From the NCBI GenBank assembly GCA_003599135.1, contig QZIV01000011.1, forward strand, positions 1 to 46,236: a stretch of DNA of 46,236 bases, given 5' to 3'. The notes beneath the pieces are model-generated. The model saw nothing but the letters and a program-made list of their open reading frames with translations, made no database searches and was not told where the DNA came from. Positions within the stretch are counted from its first letter, which is position 1. Every line of letters begins with the position of its first letter. The translations under genes were made by a program, and so were the position numbers. This stretch comes from Candidatus Parcubacteria bacterium. GTDB taxonomy: Bacteria; Patescibacteriota; Minisyncoccia; UBA6257; 2-01-FULL-56-20. Shown here in pieces: positions 6,843 through 15,734 of this stretch.

Positions 6843-6871
6843 AGTATAACATCCCGATGTTATTTTGTCAA
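6843..6871 (-). promoter_or_regulatory. Leftward sigma70 promoter with palindromic operator
   Basis: Minus strand TTGACA (6871-6866), 17 bp, TATACT (6848-6843); ATAACATC-CC-GATGTTAT palindrome (6846-6863) covers the spacer. Confidence 0.8.
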
Positions 6872-6899
6872 GCGATGTCAAGGGAAAGGTGGCGAGCAA

Positions 6900-7256
6900 A
6901 TGGCATTTGAACCAATCGACAGGGACGCCGATCTAACCTTCTTCAAGAGCGGCCAGGTTTACATTACCCAAAGCGCCGCAGAGCGATATTTCAAGGGCAT
7001 TTCGCTTGTACGGGTTGAATACGATCCCGAGGCTCTCAGCGTGTCCTTCTCCCCCGCTACTACGGATGGACCGGCGATGCGGCAGGTCTGGAATACGACC
7101 CGAGGGACAATGACCATTTCCATAAGAATGCTATTCCGGCGATTCCATTTCCATCTCAGGAAAACCGTCTATGCAAATTTCTACCGGAAGGATGATCGAA
7201 TTGTTTTTAATCTGCCGGCAGATGCGATTATCAGGGATGAAGATTCAGCCCGTTGA
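6900..7256 (+). CDS. Hypothetical protein, first gene of the early operon
   Basis: 118 aa ORF with AAAGGTGG RBS, overlapping the next gene. Confidence 0.65.
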   Translation: MAFEPIDRDADLTFFKSGQVYITQSAAERYFKGISLVRVEYDPEALSVSFSPATTDGPAMRQVWNTTRGTMTISIRMLFRRFHFHLRKTVYANFYRKDDRIVFNLPADAIIRDEDSAR

Positions 7257-7458
7257 CGATCTAACCGGCCATAGGTTCGGGCGCTTGCATGTGGTGACGA
7301 TGTTGCGCGATTCGAGCCGGACCATTGAGCGCCTTTATCTCTGCGAATGTTCCTGCGGGAATGCGGTTGAAATATCCCATTACGATCTATGGAACGGGAA
7401 GAAGAGATCATGCGGCTGTTTGAAGGGGCGGGGAGATAGGCTACAGCGGGCAAAATAA
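7237..7458 (+). CDS. Stand-alone Zn-binding domain of the type found N-terminal in AP2/HNH homing endonucleases
   Basis: DLTGHRFGRLHV...CECSCG...NGKKRSCGCL pattern; no nuclease domain follows. Confidence 0.65.
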   Translation: MKIQPVDDLTGHRFGRLHVVTMLRDSSRTIERLYLCECSCGNAVEISHYDLWNGKKRSCGCLKGRGDRLQRAK

Positions 7459-7496
7459 TGCGTATACGCATTTCTAACGGGACTTCATCCTAATCA

Positions 7497-7685
7497 ATGG
7501 GAAATTCTCAATGCGAGTTCTGCGGGCGCTCCTACACGAAAAAACGGCAATGGCAAAAATTCTGTTCCCGGACCTGCCGAATCGAGTTTCATCAATCCGG
7601 CGGCGAAGAGGTTTTGAGATTGAGGCGCGAGAACAAGGCGTTGCGGGAACGGATGAAAACTATTACGGAGATTGCCTCTCAATGA
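7497..7685 (+). CDS. Small Zn-finger plus coiled-coil protein
   Basis: CEFCG...QKFCSRTCR followed by LRLRRENKALRER. Confidence 0.65.
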   Translation: MGNSQCEFCGRSYTKKRQWQKFCSRTCRIEFHQSGGEEVLRLRRENKALRERMKTITEIASQ

Positions 7686-7814
7686 ATAGCCCTAATCCCC
7701 TACCAAGTCGCCCCGCCCTGGGGCGTGCATGCGACCTCCCTTTTTCAGCTTGCTGGTTAGTGGTGGTGCTGGAGAGAAAACCGGCGCCCGGCTCACGCTT
7801 GGATTGGGGCTATT
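7685..7814 (+). ncRNA. Candidate structured RNA in intergenic gap
   Basis: AATAGCCCTAATCC (7685-7698) pairs with GGATTGGGGCTATT (7801-7814), enclosing internal hairpins. Confidence 0.35.
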
Positions 7815-7850
7815 TATTAGGACACTACGGGCAATCGAGGAGGCAGAAAA

Positions 7851-8006
7851 ATGAAAATCATAACCGTATTCCTTGAAGCCTCATGCCCCGTTTGTGGCGG
7901 TTATAACACCTGTGCCTATGGCGGATCATCAAAGCGGCTCTGTCTAACGTGCGACGTAGTATTTGAGATTGAGTGCAAAGAGGTTATCAGTGAACCATTA
8001 TCGTGA
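7851..8006 (+). CDS. 51-aa Zn-ribbon protein (not in ORF track)
   Basis: GAGGAGG RBS; MKIITVFLEASCPVCGGYNTCAYGGSSKRLCLTCDVVFEIECKEVISEPLS. Confidence 0.7.
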   Translation: MKIITVFLEASCPVCGGYNTCAYGGSSKRLCLTCDVVFEIECKEVISEPLS

Positions 8007-10236
8007 CTTCCTTGAAGGCAAAAAGACCTTGTGGGGCGCATACGGCAAGCCCGTTTCGCGTGGCGATATTCATGAGAAGCTATTTCCATTTCAGCGGGAT
8101 TTAACTTATTGGGCGGCTCGCAAGGGCAAAAGTGCGATATTCGCTGACTGCGGACTCGGAAAAACATTCATGCAGTTGGAATGGGCCCGATTGCTAGATG
8201 AAAGAACGCTGATAATTGCGCCGCTGTCGGTTGCACGCCAAACAGTACGGGAGGCGGAAAAGCTCGGGCTGACCGTGAAATATATCCGGGATTGTTCGTC
8301 TCTAGAAAAACTGAATATCACAAATTATGAAATGCTCGATCACATTAACCCCGCTTTGTTCGGGGCCGTTGTGCTCGATGAATCAAGTATCCTAAAATCA
8401 ATCGCCGGAAAGACCCGCGAAAAACTGATAGAGATGTTTCAACAAACCAATTTCAAGTTATGTTGCACGGCAACGCCCGCCCCGAATGACATTGCAGAGA
8501 TTGCGAACCATGCAGAGTTTTTGTCAGTTGCTACCCGCAATGAAATGCTCTCAACATTCTTTGTGCATGATGCCGAAGGGTGGAGATTGAAGCGACATGC
8601 GGTTGAGCCATTCTACCGCTGGCTTGCCTCGTGGAGCATGAATATAACAAAGCCCTCGGATTTTGGGTATGAGGATAACGGATTTATTTTGCCGCCATTA
8701 ACGGTTGCCCCCGTTTTCGTCCGTTCAAACTACAAGCCGCAGGATGAATTGTTCGCAACCGGGCTATCCGGCATTGCTGACCGCTGCAAGGTCCGGGGGG
8801 CATCAATCAGCGACCGGATAGAACAAACAAAGAAACTTCTTCATGCGCGATCAGGCCAGTGGGTTATTTGGTGCAACCTGAACAAAGAGGCCGATGTGCT
8901 AATTAAAGAGCTCGCTAATTGCCGCGAAATCAAGGGCGCGGATTCGCTGGAAATGAAGCTGCGGAATATCGAAGATTTTCAAGACGGTAAATATCGCATT
9001 CTTATAACAAAACCATCCATTTGCGGCTTTGGGCTGAACCTTCAGAACTGCGAAAACCAACTATTTTTTGGGCTTTCCGATTCATGGGAAAGTTATTACC
9101 AGTGTATCAGGCGATCGTGGCGATTTGGCCAGACAAAGCCAGTAAGCGTTCATATTGTTTTAACTGATATTGAGCGGGTGATATATGAGAATGTAATGGA
9201 AAAGGCGCAGGCGGCGGAAACGCTGACCAAGGGGCTTATTGAGAACATAGCAATATTTGAGAAAGAGGAAATCGGGGGCATCAATCTAGGCGATTCATGG
9301 AGGTATGAAATGCGCGACGTGAAGGGCGAAAATTATTATATCATGCTTGGTGATTCATGCGAGCGCATGAAAGAACTACCCGCTGAATCAATCCACCTTT
9401 CGGTATTCTCTCCCCCATTTGCAAGCCTCTATACCTACAGCAGCACAGAGCGCGATCTTGGGAACTGCAAGGATGAAGCGGAGTTTTTAAAACACTTCGA
9501 TTTTATCATTGAAGAGCTTTACCGGGTAACTATCCCTGGCCGAATTTGCGCCGTTCATGTTTTTGACATCCCGGCGATGCTGATAAGAGATAACTTTATC
9601 GGCCTGAAAGACTTCTCCGGGGATGTTATCCGCCAATTTATCAATCATGGCTGGATTTACGACGCGCGAATCCCAATAGACAAGAATCAGCAGGCGCAAT
9701 CCATCCGGACGCATTCAAAGGCGCTGACCATGACGCAACTTGAAAAAGATCGGTCATGGCTCCGGCCCGCACTTCCCGACTATATTCTTAAATTCCGCAA
9801 GCCCGGCGAAAATCCCGCTCCCGTCGTAAATGGTGGCGTGACGCGGGATCAATGGATTGAGTATGCCGCCCCTACATGGCCAGACCCGATAGCCGATCGA
9901 TGCGCCGAAATGGGCGCATTCCCAACGTGGTACGGTATCCGGGAAACCGATACCCTGCAGGGCTGGCGAACAAAGGCCGGGCACAGGAATACGGGCGGAA
10001 AAGACGAAAAGCACATTTGCCCGCTGCAACTTGAAACGATATCCCGCATTATTCGCCTCTGGTCAAACGAACATGAGCGCATATTTACCCCGTTCATGGG
10101 GATCGGGTCCGAGGTCTATCAGGCTATCAGCTTGAATCGCTATGGCATTGGAATAGAACTAAAGCCCGAGTATTTCGAGCTTGCGGTTGAATACCTGAGT
10201 GAATACGAAAGAGGTATGGAGTTATTTGCATCATAA
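7990..10236 (+). CDS. SNF2-like helicase fused to an N4-cytosine/N6-adenine DNA methyltransferase
   Basis: LFPFQ, FADCGLGKT (Walker A), VVLDESS, TATPAPN, GLNLQ, QCIRRSWRFGQ; C-terminal SVFSPPF (motif IV), HICPLQ, FTPFMGIGSE (motif I). Likely GTG start 7990. Confidence 0.9.
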   Translation: MNHYRDFLEGKKTLWGAYGKPVSRGDIHEKLFPFQRDLTYWAARKGKSAIFADCGLGKTFMQLEWARLLDERTLIIAPLSVARQTVREAEKLGLTVKYIRDCSSLEKLNITNYEMLDHINPALFGAVVLDESSILKSIAGKTREKLIEMFQQTNFKLCCTATPAPNDIAEIANHAEFLSVATRNEMLSTFFVHDAEGWRLKRHAVEPFYRWLASWSMNITKPSDFGYEDNGFILPPLTVAPVFVRSNYKPQDELFATGLSGIADRCKVRGASISDRIEQTKKLLHARSGQWVIWCNLNKEADVLIKELANCREIKGADSLEMKLRNIEDFQDGKYRILITKPSICGFGLNLQNCENQLFFGLSDSWESYYQCIRRSWRFGQTKPVSVHIVLTDIERVIYENVMEKAQAAETLTKGLIENIAIFEKEEIGGINLGDSWRYEMRDVKGENYYIMLGDSCERMKELPAESIHLSVFSPPFASLYTYSSTERDLGNCKDEAEFLKHFDFIIEELYRVTIPGRICAVHVFDIPAMLIRDNFIGLKDFSGDVIRQFINHGWIYDARIPIDKNQQAQSIRTHSKALTMTQLEKDRSWLRPALPDYILKFRKPGENPAPVVNGGVTRDQWIEYAAPTWPDPIADRCAEMGAFPTWYGIRETDTLQGWRTKAGHRNTGGKDEKHICPLQLETISRIIRLWSNEHERIFTPFMGIGSEVYQAISLNRYGIGIELKPEYFELAVEYLSEYERGMELFAS

Positions 10237-10253
10237 CCCCGAAAGGAGACCCT

Positions 10254-10511
10254 ATGACCAAACCACTACCATCGAAACCACGACGCGCAACCCGCGCGGA
10301 AGTTGAGCAGGAGCGGACGGCGAAAGAGCGGCTGCTCGAACAGTTGAGCGGTTATGAAATCGCCAATCAGGAATTGAGGAAATTATATTCGACTTCTCAA
10401 TCCACGATTCAGAAGTTGCATGAAGATCTGCGGCAGGAGGAGAGAAAATCCGCACAACTTCAGCGTACCCTTGACGCCCTCGTCGCGGCAACGCTGGGGA
10501 GGCGGCCATGA
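10254..10511 (+). CDS. Coiled-coil hypothetical protein
   Basis: AAAGGAGA RBS; heptad pattern; ATGA-coupled downstream. Confidence 0.7.
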   Translation: MTKPLPSKPRRATRAEVEQERTAKERLLEQLSGYEIANQELRKLYSTSQSTIQKLHEDLRQEERKSAQLQRTLDALVAATLGRRP

Positions 10512-10825
10512 TGGTTATGTCCGGCCATATCCTCACGTCTGAGCAGCGCCAGCGGCGATCTGATTTTCTTGACCACATGGTTTCAATCTTCCGGACCCGC
10601 CAGAATGTCATTTCCTTCCTGGCCGGCCATGCGGCAATCAAGGAAGAGCCGCTTACGAACTGCGAAATGGACGGTTACATGAAGGTGATCGAGGCGCATT
10701 ATCCTATGGCCGCGGCAGACCTGTATCAGCGGCATCAACAGCAGATAGAGGCGGCGAAGCTCGTGGAAGAAGTGAAAGTCGGGAACAGCGGAAAGCGAAA
10801 GGAAAAAGATAATGGACATTCTTGA
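10508..10825 (+). CDS. Hypothetical protein
   Basis: Translationally coupled + strand chain; GGAGG RBS. Confidence 0.65.
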   Translation: MMVMSGHILTSEQRQRRSDFLDHMVSIFRTRQNVISFLAGHAAIKEEPLTNCEMDGYMKVIEAHYPMAAADLYQRHQQQIEAAKLVEEVKVGNSGKRKEKDNGHS

Positions 10826-11033
10826 CTCTTACATTCCCGAAACAGAGCACCCATACATCGAGCAGAACCGCACAGGGACCGAACTGCTACGGCAGCAATT
10901 GGCGCTTGTCCAGCGGCAGAACGACCTATTGCAAAAGACGTGTGATGTCTATTCGCTGATCGTTCAGGGCATGGAGCGCGAGATCAAGACGTTGCGCCAA
11001 AAACACCACGGCGATATGTGGGTGGAAAACTGA
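10812..11033 (+). CDS. Hypothetical coiled-coil protein
   Basis: Overlapping chain of + strand ORFs. Confidence 0.6.
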   Translation: MDILDSYIPETEHPYIEQNRTGTELLRQQLALVQRQNDLLQKTCDVYSLIVQGMEREIKTLRQKHHGDMWVEN

Positions 11034-11034
11034 T

Positions 11035-11313
11035 ATGCCGACCATGACTACATCAAAACTGGAAGTCATCGTTGACGGAAGGATTCTATTCTCAGATACC
11101 TTTCCAGTTGCAATAATGGGCAAGCCTGAAGTCGATAAGGAATTGGCAGATATGCCGCGCCTAATGATTTTCTGCGCTGCCAATCTTCTCGTGGGCATTC
11201 TAAAAATCGGGGATTTCGCTTGGGCGGCAGAGCGATTTCAGGCAATGAGCCTTGAGGCAATGGGAAGGTGCATCGCTAAAATGCGGGGGCCAACGGATGC
11301 CGACCATGACTGA
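11035..11313 (+). CDS. Hypothetical protein
   Basis: Starts 1 nt after the previous stop. Confidence 0.55.
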   Translation: MPTMTTSKLEVIVDGRILFSDTFPVAIMGKPEVDKELADMPRLMIFCAANLLVGILKIGDFAWAAERFQAMSLEAMGRCIAKMRGPTDADHD

Positions 11314-11551
11314 AAGCAAGCTCGCGGAGATGGGGGCAGCGGCTCACGCTTGTCGGGGCTACCTGATTTTCAGGGCGACAGCCGCCCAATGGGACGACCG
11401 CTACCCGTTCATTTGCTGGCTTCGTGACCGGATAAAGCTGCCGGATGACTACGCTTACGCCATCGACGCCAACTTCTTTGGCGACGACATCAGGCGCTGG
11501 CATTGGGAAGCGTATCTCGATGACGTGTACGGGAGGGAGGAAAGTCGATGA
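11306..11551 (+). CDS. Hypothetical protein
   Basis: Overlapping chain; ATGA-coupled to 11548; start uncertain. Confidence 0.55.
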   Translation: MTESKLAEMGAAAHACRGYLIFRATAAQWDDRYPFICWLRDRIKLPDDYAYAIDANFFGDDIRRWHWEAYLDDVYGREESR

Positions 11552-11889
11552 ATTTCAAAATGCCGAAACCCACACCAGGTTTCCGAATCACTGGCAAAAA
11601 GGGTTTTCATATGACCTTTGAAAATGGTTATACCGTGTCCATCCAGTTCGGGCCAGGAGATTATTGCGATAACTATGACATGGAAATCGGAGAGCAGGAT
11701 GAGGCCGCCGGAGCCAATGGCTCATCGAATGCCGAGTACGCCGTATGGGGGCAAGGGGGAGAGATGATTCAGTACGGCGACTGGGGGGATACGGTCAGCA
11801 ACCGCTCAACGCCAGCGCAGGTTCTTGAATTATTGAATTGGGCGGCGAATCAACCAGCAATGGGGAATCCTGATGCCCTCGCTCGATGA
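11548..11889 (+). CDS. Hypothetical phage protein
   Basis: GGAGG RBS; GFHMTFENGYTVSIQFGPGDYC segment. Confidence 0.7.
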   Translation: MNFKMPKPTPGFRITGKKGFHMTFENGYTVSIQFGPGDYCDNYDMEIGEQDEAAGANGSSNAEYAVWGQGGEMIQYGDWGDTVSNRSTPAQVLELLNWAANQPAMGNPDALAR

Positions 11890-12273
11890 CGCGGTAACTG
11901 CGTTCGCCCATGCGGATGCCGCATACAAGACAGCCAAACGCGAACCTGCTCCCCCACGTGCTCGGAGCACCGCGCAAGGGTAACGATCAACTTCAAGGTG
12001 GTTAAAAAAGGAGAGGGTGAAGAATGACAACAATACCATGGCAATTAGACTCGCCGGAAAAGACCGCGACCGAAAGCACAAAGTCTAAATCCGAAATTAA
12101 GGTGGGAAAAAGATAAATGATTGCTTGGTTTATCGGAGGGCAAGACCATGAATCGCAGTACCCGCCATTGCGGGCTATGAGACAGCACACGATGGAGTAT
12201 TTCTTTCACGCGGCCTCGTGGATGAGCGGGGCTGCGTGAGGGAAATAGGGTAGAGAAAAGGAGCGGGAAAACA

Positions 12274-13137
12274 ATGGAAGGTGAACTTATGGAAAACGGA
12301 AAGAGCATTGCACCGCAGAACATGCTCGAGACTGCTTTGAGCGCGGACTTTGACGCAACTAAGGCAATTGCTCAGGCGGAAAAGCGGGTAGCGTTCTTGA
12401 AGCAGATCGCCGTTGTCAGCCTGAAAATGACAACAGAGGAGGACTGGACAAACGAGGGCGGCAAGCCCTACCTGCAATCATCGGGGGCCGAAAAACTGAA
12501 ACCGTTGTGGGGCATCTACGTGAAACCGGGGACGGTACGCTTTGAACGAGAAGATGATGAAGGACATCCGGCATTCACGTGCACCGGGGTCATGGGTTCA
12601 ACAATCACCCATGAAGAATCTGAATTTGTCGGCGGCAGATCGGCAAAGGATACGTTCTTTTCCCATCAAGCGTCTTGTGACATTCTCGACGTGAAAAAGG
12701 CGGCATATTCGAACCTTGAAGTGAACGGGATCACCCGCCTCCTCGGATTGCGAAACCTCACATGGGACCAACTCAAAGCCGCCAATCTCAATATCGAGAA
12801 GATCGGCAAGGTGGAGCGCGACACTTCCGGGATGGAGAAAGAGGAGATCGACAAGGCGCGGCTAAAGCATTTCGGAGAGTGCCTCGACGCCCTTTGCGAG
12901 ACGCGGGAAAAGGCGATCGAAAAGTTGTATGAGATGACAACCTTCACCGGCCGTGACGGGAAGACGATCACCGGCATCAAGTCTCTGAAGGCAATCAAGA
13001 GCAACAAGCAACTCAACAAGCTCACCCATGACATTCACGAGGCCATGAAAAAGGCGGGCGTGACGATCCCGGAAATGCCGAAGGCTCCGGCGCCTGAAAA
13101 TAAGAATGGAGGCGGCAATGATCCCGGGAATAGTTGA
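12274..13137 (+). CDS. Putative single-strand annealing recombinase
   Basis: GKPYLQSSGAEKL and DVKKAAYSNL segments; directly upstream of an exonuclease, the usual annealase-exonuclease pairing. Confidence 0.6.
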   Translation: MEGELMENGKSIAPQNMLETALSADFDATKAIAQAEKRVAFLKQIAVVSLKMTTEEDWTNEGGKPYLQSSGAEKLKPLWGIYVKPGTVRFEREDDEGHPAFTCTGVMGSTITHEESEFVGGRSAKDTFFSHQASCDILDVKKAAYSNLEVNGITRLLGLRNLTWDQLKAANLNIEKIGKVERDTSGMEKEEIDKARLKHFGECLDALCETREKAIEKLYEMTTFTGRDGKTITGIKSLKAIKSNKQLNKLTHDIHEAMKKAGVTIPEMPKAPAPENKNGGGNDPGNS

Positions 13138-14050
13138 CCGCGTTTTTGAGGTGAAGCGGGCACGAAGGAAGATATTCCCCTGCCATACGAATCGCGCCTC
13201 CGCGCTTGGACATCCGTGTGAACGATATCTCGTCTATTTGCGGACCAGGTATCAGGAAGCAACCCTGCCGGACGTTGGCCTTCAATTTATTTTCGACGGC
13301 GGGGAAATGATTGAGCGGATCGCCATAGACCAGCTCAAAGATGCTGGTTTTGTTGTCATGCAGCAACAGCGGCCGCTCGATTGCCCGGAGTTTCGGGAGC
13401 TCAATATCACGGGGCATCTTGACCTGATGATTGGGGATTACAAGGACAGTTCCACGTTTTTCCCGTGCGAGATCAAGGGGCTTAACCAATTCGATTGGGA
13501 AAAAATCGAGAGCATTGAGGATTTGACCCGCTCAAAAAAGCCGTGGCTGAGGAAATACCCGGCGCAACTCTACCTCTACATGCTCATGACGAACACAGAC
13601 GAGGGCTTATTCTACCTCGTCAACAAGCAGAATTTCCAGCCGAAAGCGATATGGGCGCCGCTCGATTATGGGTACACAGAGGAACTATTGCAACGCGCTT
13701 CCCGAATAAACCGGCATGTCCTGGACGACACGATACCGGACCGGCTTGAATACGAGCCAACTGTTTGTGACCGCTGCGAATTCGCCATGATCTGCGCTCC
13801 TGGCCGGGATTATGGGCCGGGCGTGCGAATTGTCGATGATGCCAAATTAGCGGTAAAGCTCGCCCGGAGAGAAGAGCTGAAACCGCTAGCCAAAGAATAC
13901 GACGCGATTGATGAAGAAATTAAGGCGGCATTCAAGGACATCCCGGAGGCGCTCTGTGGTGATTTCATCGTCAAGGGAAAGCTTGTCGAATATGCGGCCA
14001 GCACAAAACCGGCTGGTTCGTATTGGCGATGCACGGTAAAGAAGCTGTGA
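13118..14050 (+). CDS. Cas4-like PD-(D/E)XK exonuclease
   Basis: RASALGHPCER, TGHLD, EIKG, QLYLY (QxxxY), C-terminal CDRCEFAMIC metal cluster; GGAGG RBS before ATG 13118. Confidence 0.82.
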   Translation: MIPGIVDRVFEVKRARRKIFPCHTNRASALGHPCERYLVYLRTRYQEATLPDVGLQFIFDGGEMIERIAIDQLKDAGFVVMQQQRPLDCPEFRELNITGHLDLMIGDYKDSSTFFPCEIKGLNQFDWEKIESIEDLTRSKKPWLRKYPAQLYLYMLMTNTDEGLFYLVNKQNFQPKAIWAPLDYGYTEELLQRASRINRHVLDDTIPDRLEYEPTVCDRCEFAMICAPGRDYGPGVRIVDDAKLAVKLARREELKPLAKEYDAIDEEIKAAFKDIPEALCGDFIVKGKLVEYAASTKPAGSYWRCTVKKL

Positions 14051-14103
14051 GGCGATCAATCGGCCCTCGCGCATGCGGGGGCCGTGAGATAGAGGAAATA
14101 TGA

Positions 14104-14874
14104 ATGGCGTCACCGCAAGTTGAGAACGGGTACATCAGGATTGCGACGGAACTATGGGCCGCGCTTGTTAGGGCTCGTATTCCAGGGGAAGCCCGGCAGG
14201 TGTTTGATTCAATCATCCGGAAAACTTACGGGTTTAACAAGAAGGAGGACGTTATTTCTCTCTCCCAATTTGCCAAAGACACCGGGCTTTCCCGTATCGC
14301 AGTATTTCGGGCGGTCTCAAAACTGCAAACTATGCGGCTGATCACTGTTACCAAAAAAGGTAACAGATCGGCGAATGAGTATGCAATAAACAAGGATCAT
14401 TCACAATGGCAACTGTTACCAAAAAAGGTAATAGAAACTGTATCCAAAAAAGATAACAGTCATGGGAGTTCTGTTAACATTTTGGATACAACTGTATCCA
14501 AAAAAGGTAACAAATCTGTATCCAAAAATGTAGCACACAATAGACATAATAAACACTATACAATAGACAATTGTCCGGAGCGATCGTTGATCGACTCCGA
14601 ACCCTCCCCGGCGATACCCCCATTTTTCTCTCAACTTGAACTCTACCGAAACGACAAAAAACTATGCGGCCGGATATGCCAACTTTTGCCAGCATGGAAG
14701 AGTGCTTTCCCGGCCGTAGACGTTGAGGCGGAAATCAGAAAAGCCCATGCCTGGGAAGTCGCAAATCCGAAACGGCAGAAAAAAGACCGCGCAAAGTTCC
14801 TGAATAACTGGTTATCCCGCCAACAGGATCGAGGCGGGACTGTACCTGAAAAACCGGACCCAATGAAATGGTAG
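14104..14874 (+). CDS. Replication initiator, lambda O-like
   Basis: MASPQVENGYIRIATEL...IIRKTYGFNKKEDVISLSQFAKDTGL N-terminus typical of Phage_rep_O; internal iterons. Confidence 0.88.
   Translation: MASPQVENGYIRIATELWAALVRARIPGEARQVFDSIIRKTYGFNKKEDVISLSQFAKDTGLSRIAVFRAVSKLQTMRLITVTKKGNRSANEYAINKDHSQWQLLPKKVIETVSKKDNSHGSSVNILDTTVSKKGNKSVSKNVAHNRHNKHYTIDNCPERSLIDSEPSPAIPPFFSQLELYRNDKKLCGRICQLLPAWKSAFPAVDVEAEIRKAHAWEVANPKRQKKDRAKFLNNWLSRQQDRGGTVPEKPDPMKW
14344..14535. repeat. Replication origin iterons within the initiator gene
   Basis: About 20-bp semi-palindromic units (consensus CTGTWWCCAAAAAAGGTAACA) at about 14344, 14412, 14437, 14491, 14516 and one inverted at about 14471, followed by an A-rich stretch. 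Confidence 0.85.
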
Positions 14875-15734
14875 CCATGAAAGAAATAGAACCGACTGAA
14901 ACCGAAAAACTGATCAAGCGGGAATATGAGCTATCGCAGTATCAGGGCGAGTTTGAGGTATTGCCGGCCAGTGAACTTCGCAAAATAGCACGCGGTAGAC
15001 CTCGCCCATCCGTCCTGCTTAAATCCGGCATTCCGGCGATTGACGCCACGATCGAGGGCTTTGAGCCGCCGGAACTGACAATCATAACCGGACCAACAAA
15101 GGGCGGAAAGACATTATTTTGCCAGACCTTGACGGAATCATTTATCCGTCAGGGATTTAATCTGCTGTGGTTTCCGTACGAAAACTGCGGCGAATATGGC
15201 GAACGATTCATGCGAGCTTTCGGCGCGGAAGTTCCTGAGTTTTTCATGCCGAAGAAGCTGAAGCGGAACGCGCTTGAATGGCTTAATGAGCGCATTTGGG
15301 AAACACAGGTTAAATATAACCACGTCCACGCGGTTTTCATCGATCATTTGCACTTTCTCTTTGACATGGCTCGAAGCAAAAGTCCGTCTCTGGAGATCGG
15401 CGCAATCATGCGGCAGCTAATCGGTATCGCGCAGGAGCGCAACGTTGCGATGTTTTTGATTTGTCATATGGTCAAAGTCGCTCCTGATCATGAACCACAG
15501 GCCGGGGACACGAGGGACAGCGGAATGATCGAGTGTGAATGTGACAACTTGCTTGCCGTCTGGCGAAGCAAAAAGCAGGGATCAACGCAATCGAAAATCA
15601 AAGTTATCCTCAACCGCAGGCTCGGAGTGTTCGACTACGTGGTAACAGTCGCAAAACAAGGCCCGTACCTCCGCGAGATCGAACAAAGACAGCAAGAGGC
15701 CCCGCAATCATGGGAGAACAAATGCTATCAGTGA
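14868..15734 (+). CDS. DnaB-like (SF4) replicative helicase, motor domain only
   Basis: SGIPAIDATIEGF, TGPTKGGKT Walker A, VFIDHLH Walker B, DTRDSGMIECECD; 288 aa. Confidence 0.82.
   Translation: MVAMKEIEPTETEKLIKREYELSQYQGEFEVLPASELRKIARGRPRPSVLLKSGIPAIDATIEGFEPPELTIITGPTKGGKTLFCQTLTESFIRQGFNLLWFPYENCGEYGERFMRAFGAEVPEFFMPKKLKRNALEWLNERIWETQVKYNHVHAVFIDHLHFLFDMARSKSPSLEIGAIMRQLIGIAQERNVAMFLICHMVKVAPDHEPQAGDTRDSGMIECECDNLLAVWRSKKQGSTQSKIKVILNRRLGVFDYVVTVAKQGPYLREIEQRQQEAPQSWENKCYQ

Noticed and set aside
7237-7458. Active homing endonuclease or intron
   Set aside because: Only the N-terminal Zn-binding segment is present; no nuclease domain or interrupted host gene.
7685-7814. tRNA gene
   Set aside because: No T-loop GTTCRA in a cloverleaf context and no matching acceptor stem; no tRNA recognised anywhere in the window.
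11873-12273. Very short ORFs or a decayed gene before the annealase
   Set aside because: Several 30-40-codon ORFs are possible but none has recognisable motifs; I cannot tell microproteins from a remnant.
13118-14050. Cas4-like gene as part of a CRISPR-Cas system
   Set aside because: No cas1/cas2 and no repeat-spacer array; it is paired with an annealase, as in phage recombination modules.
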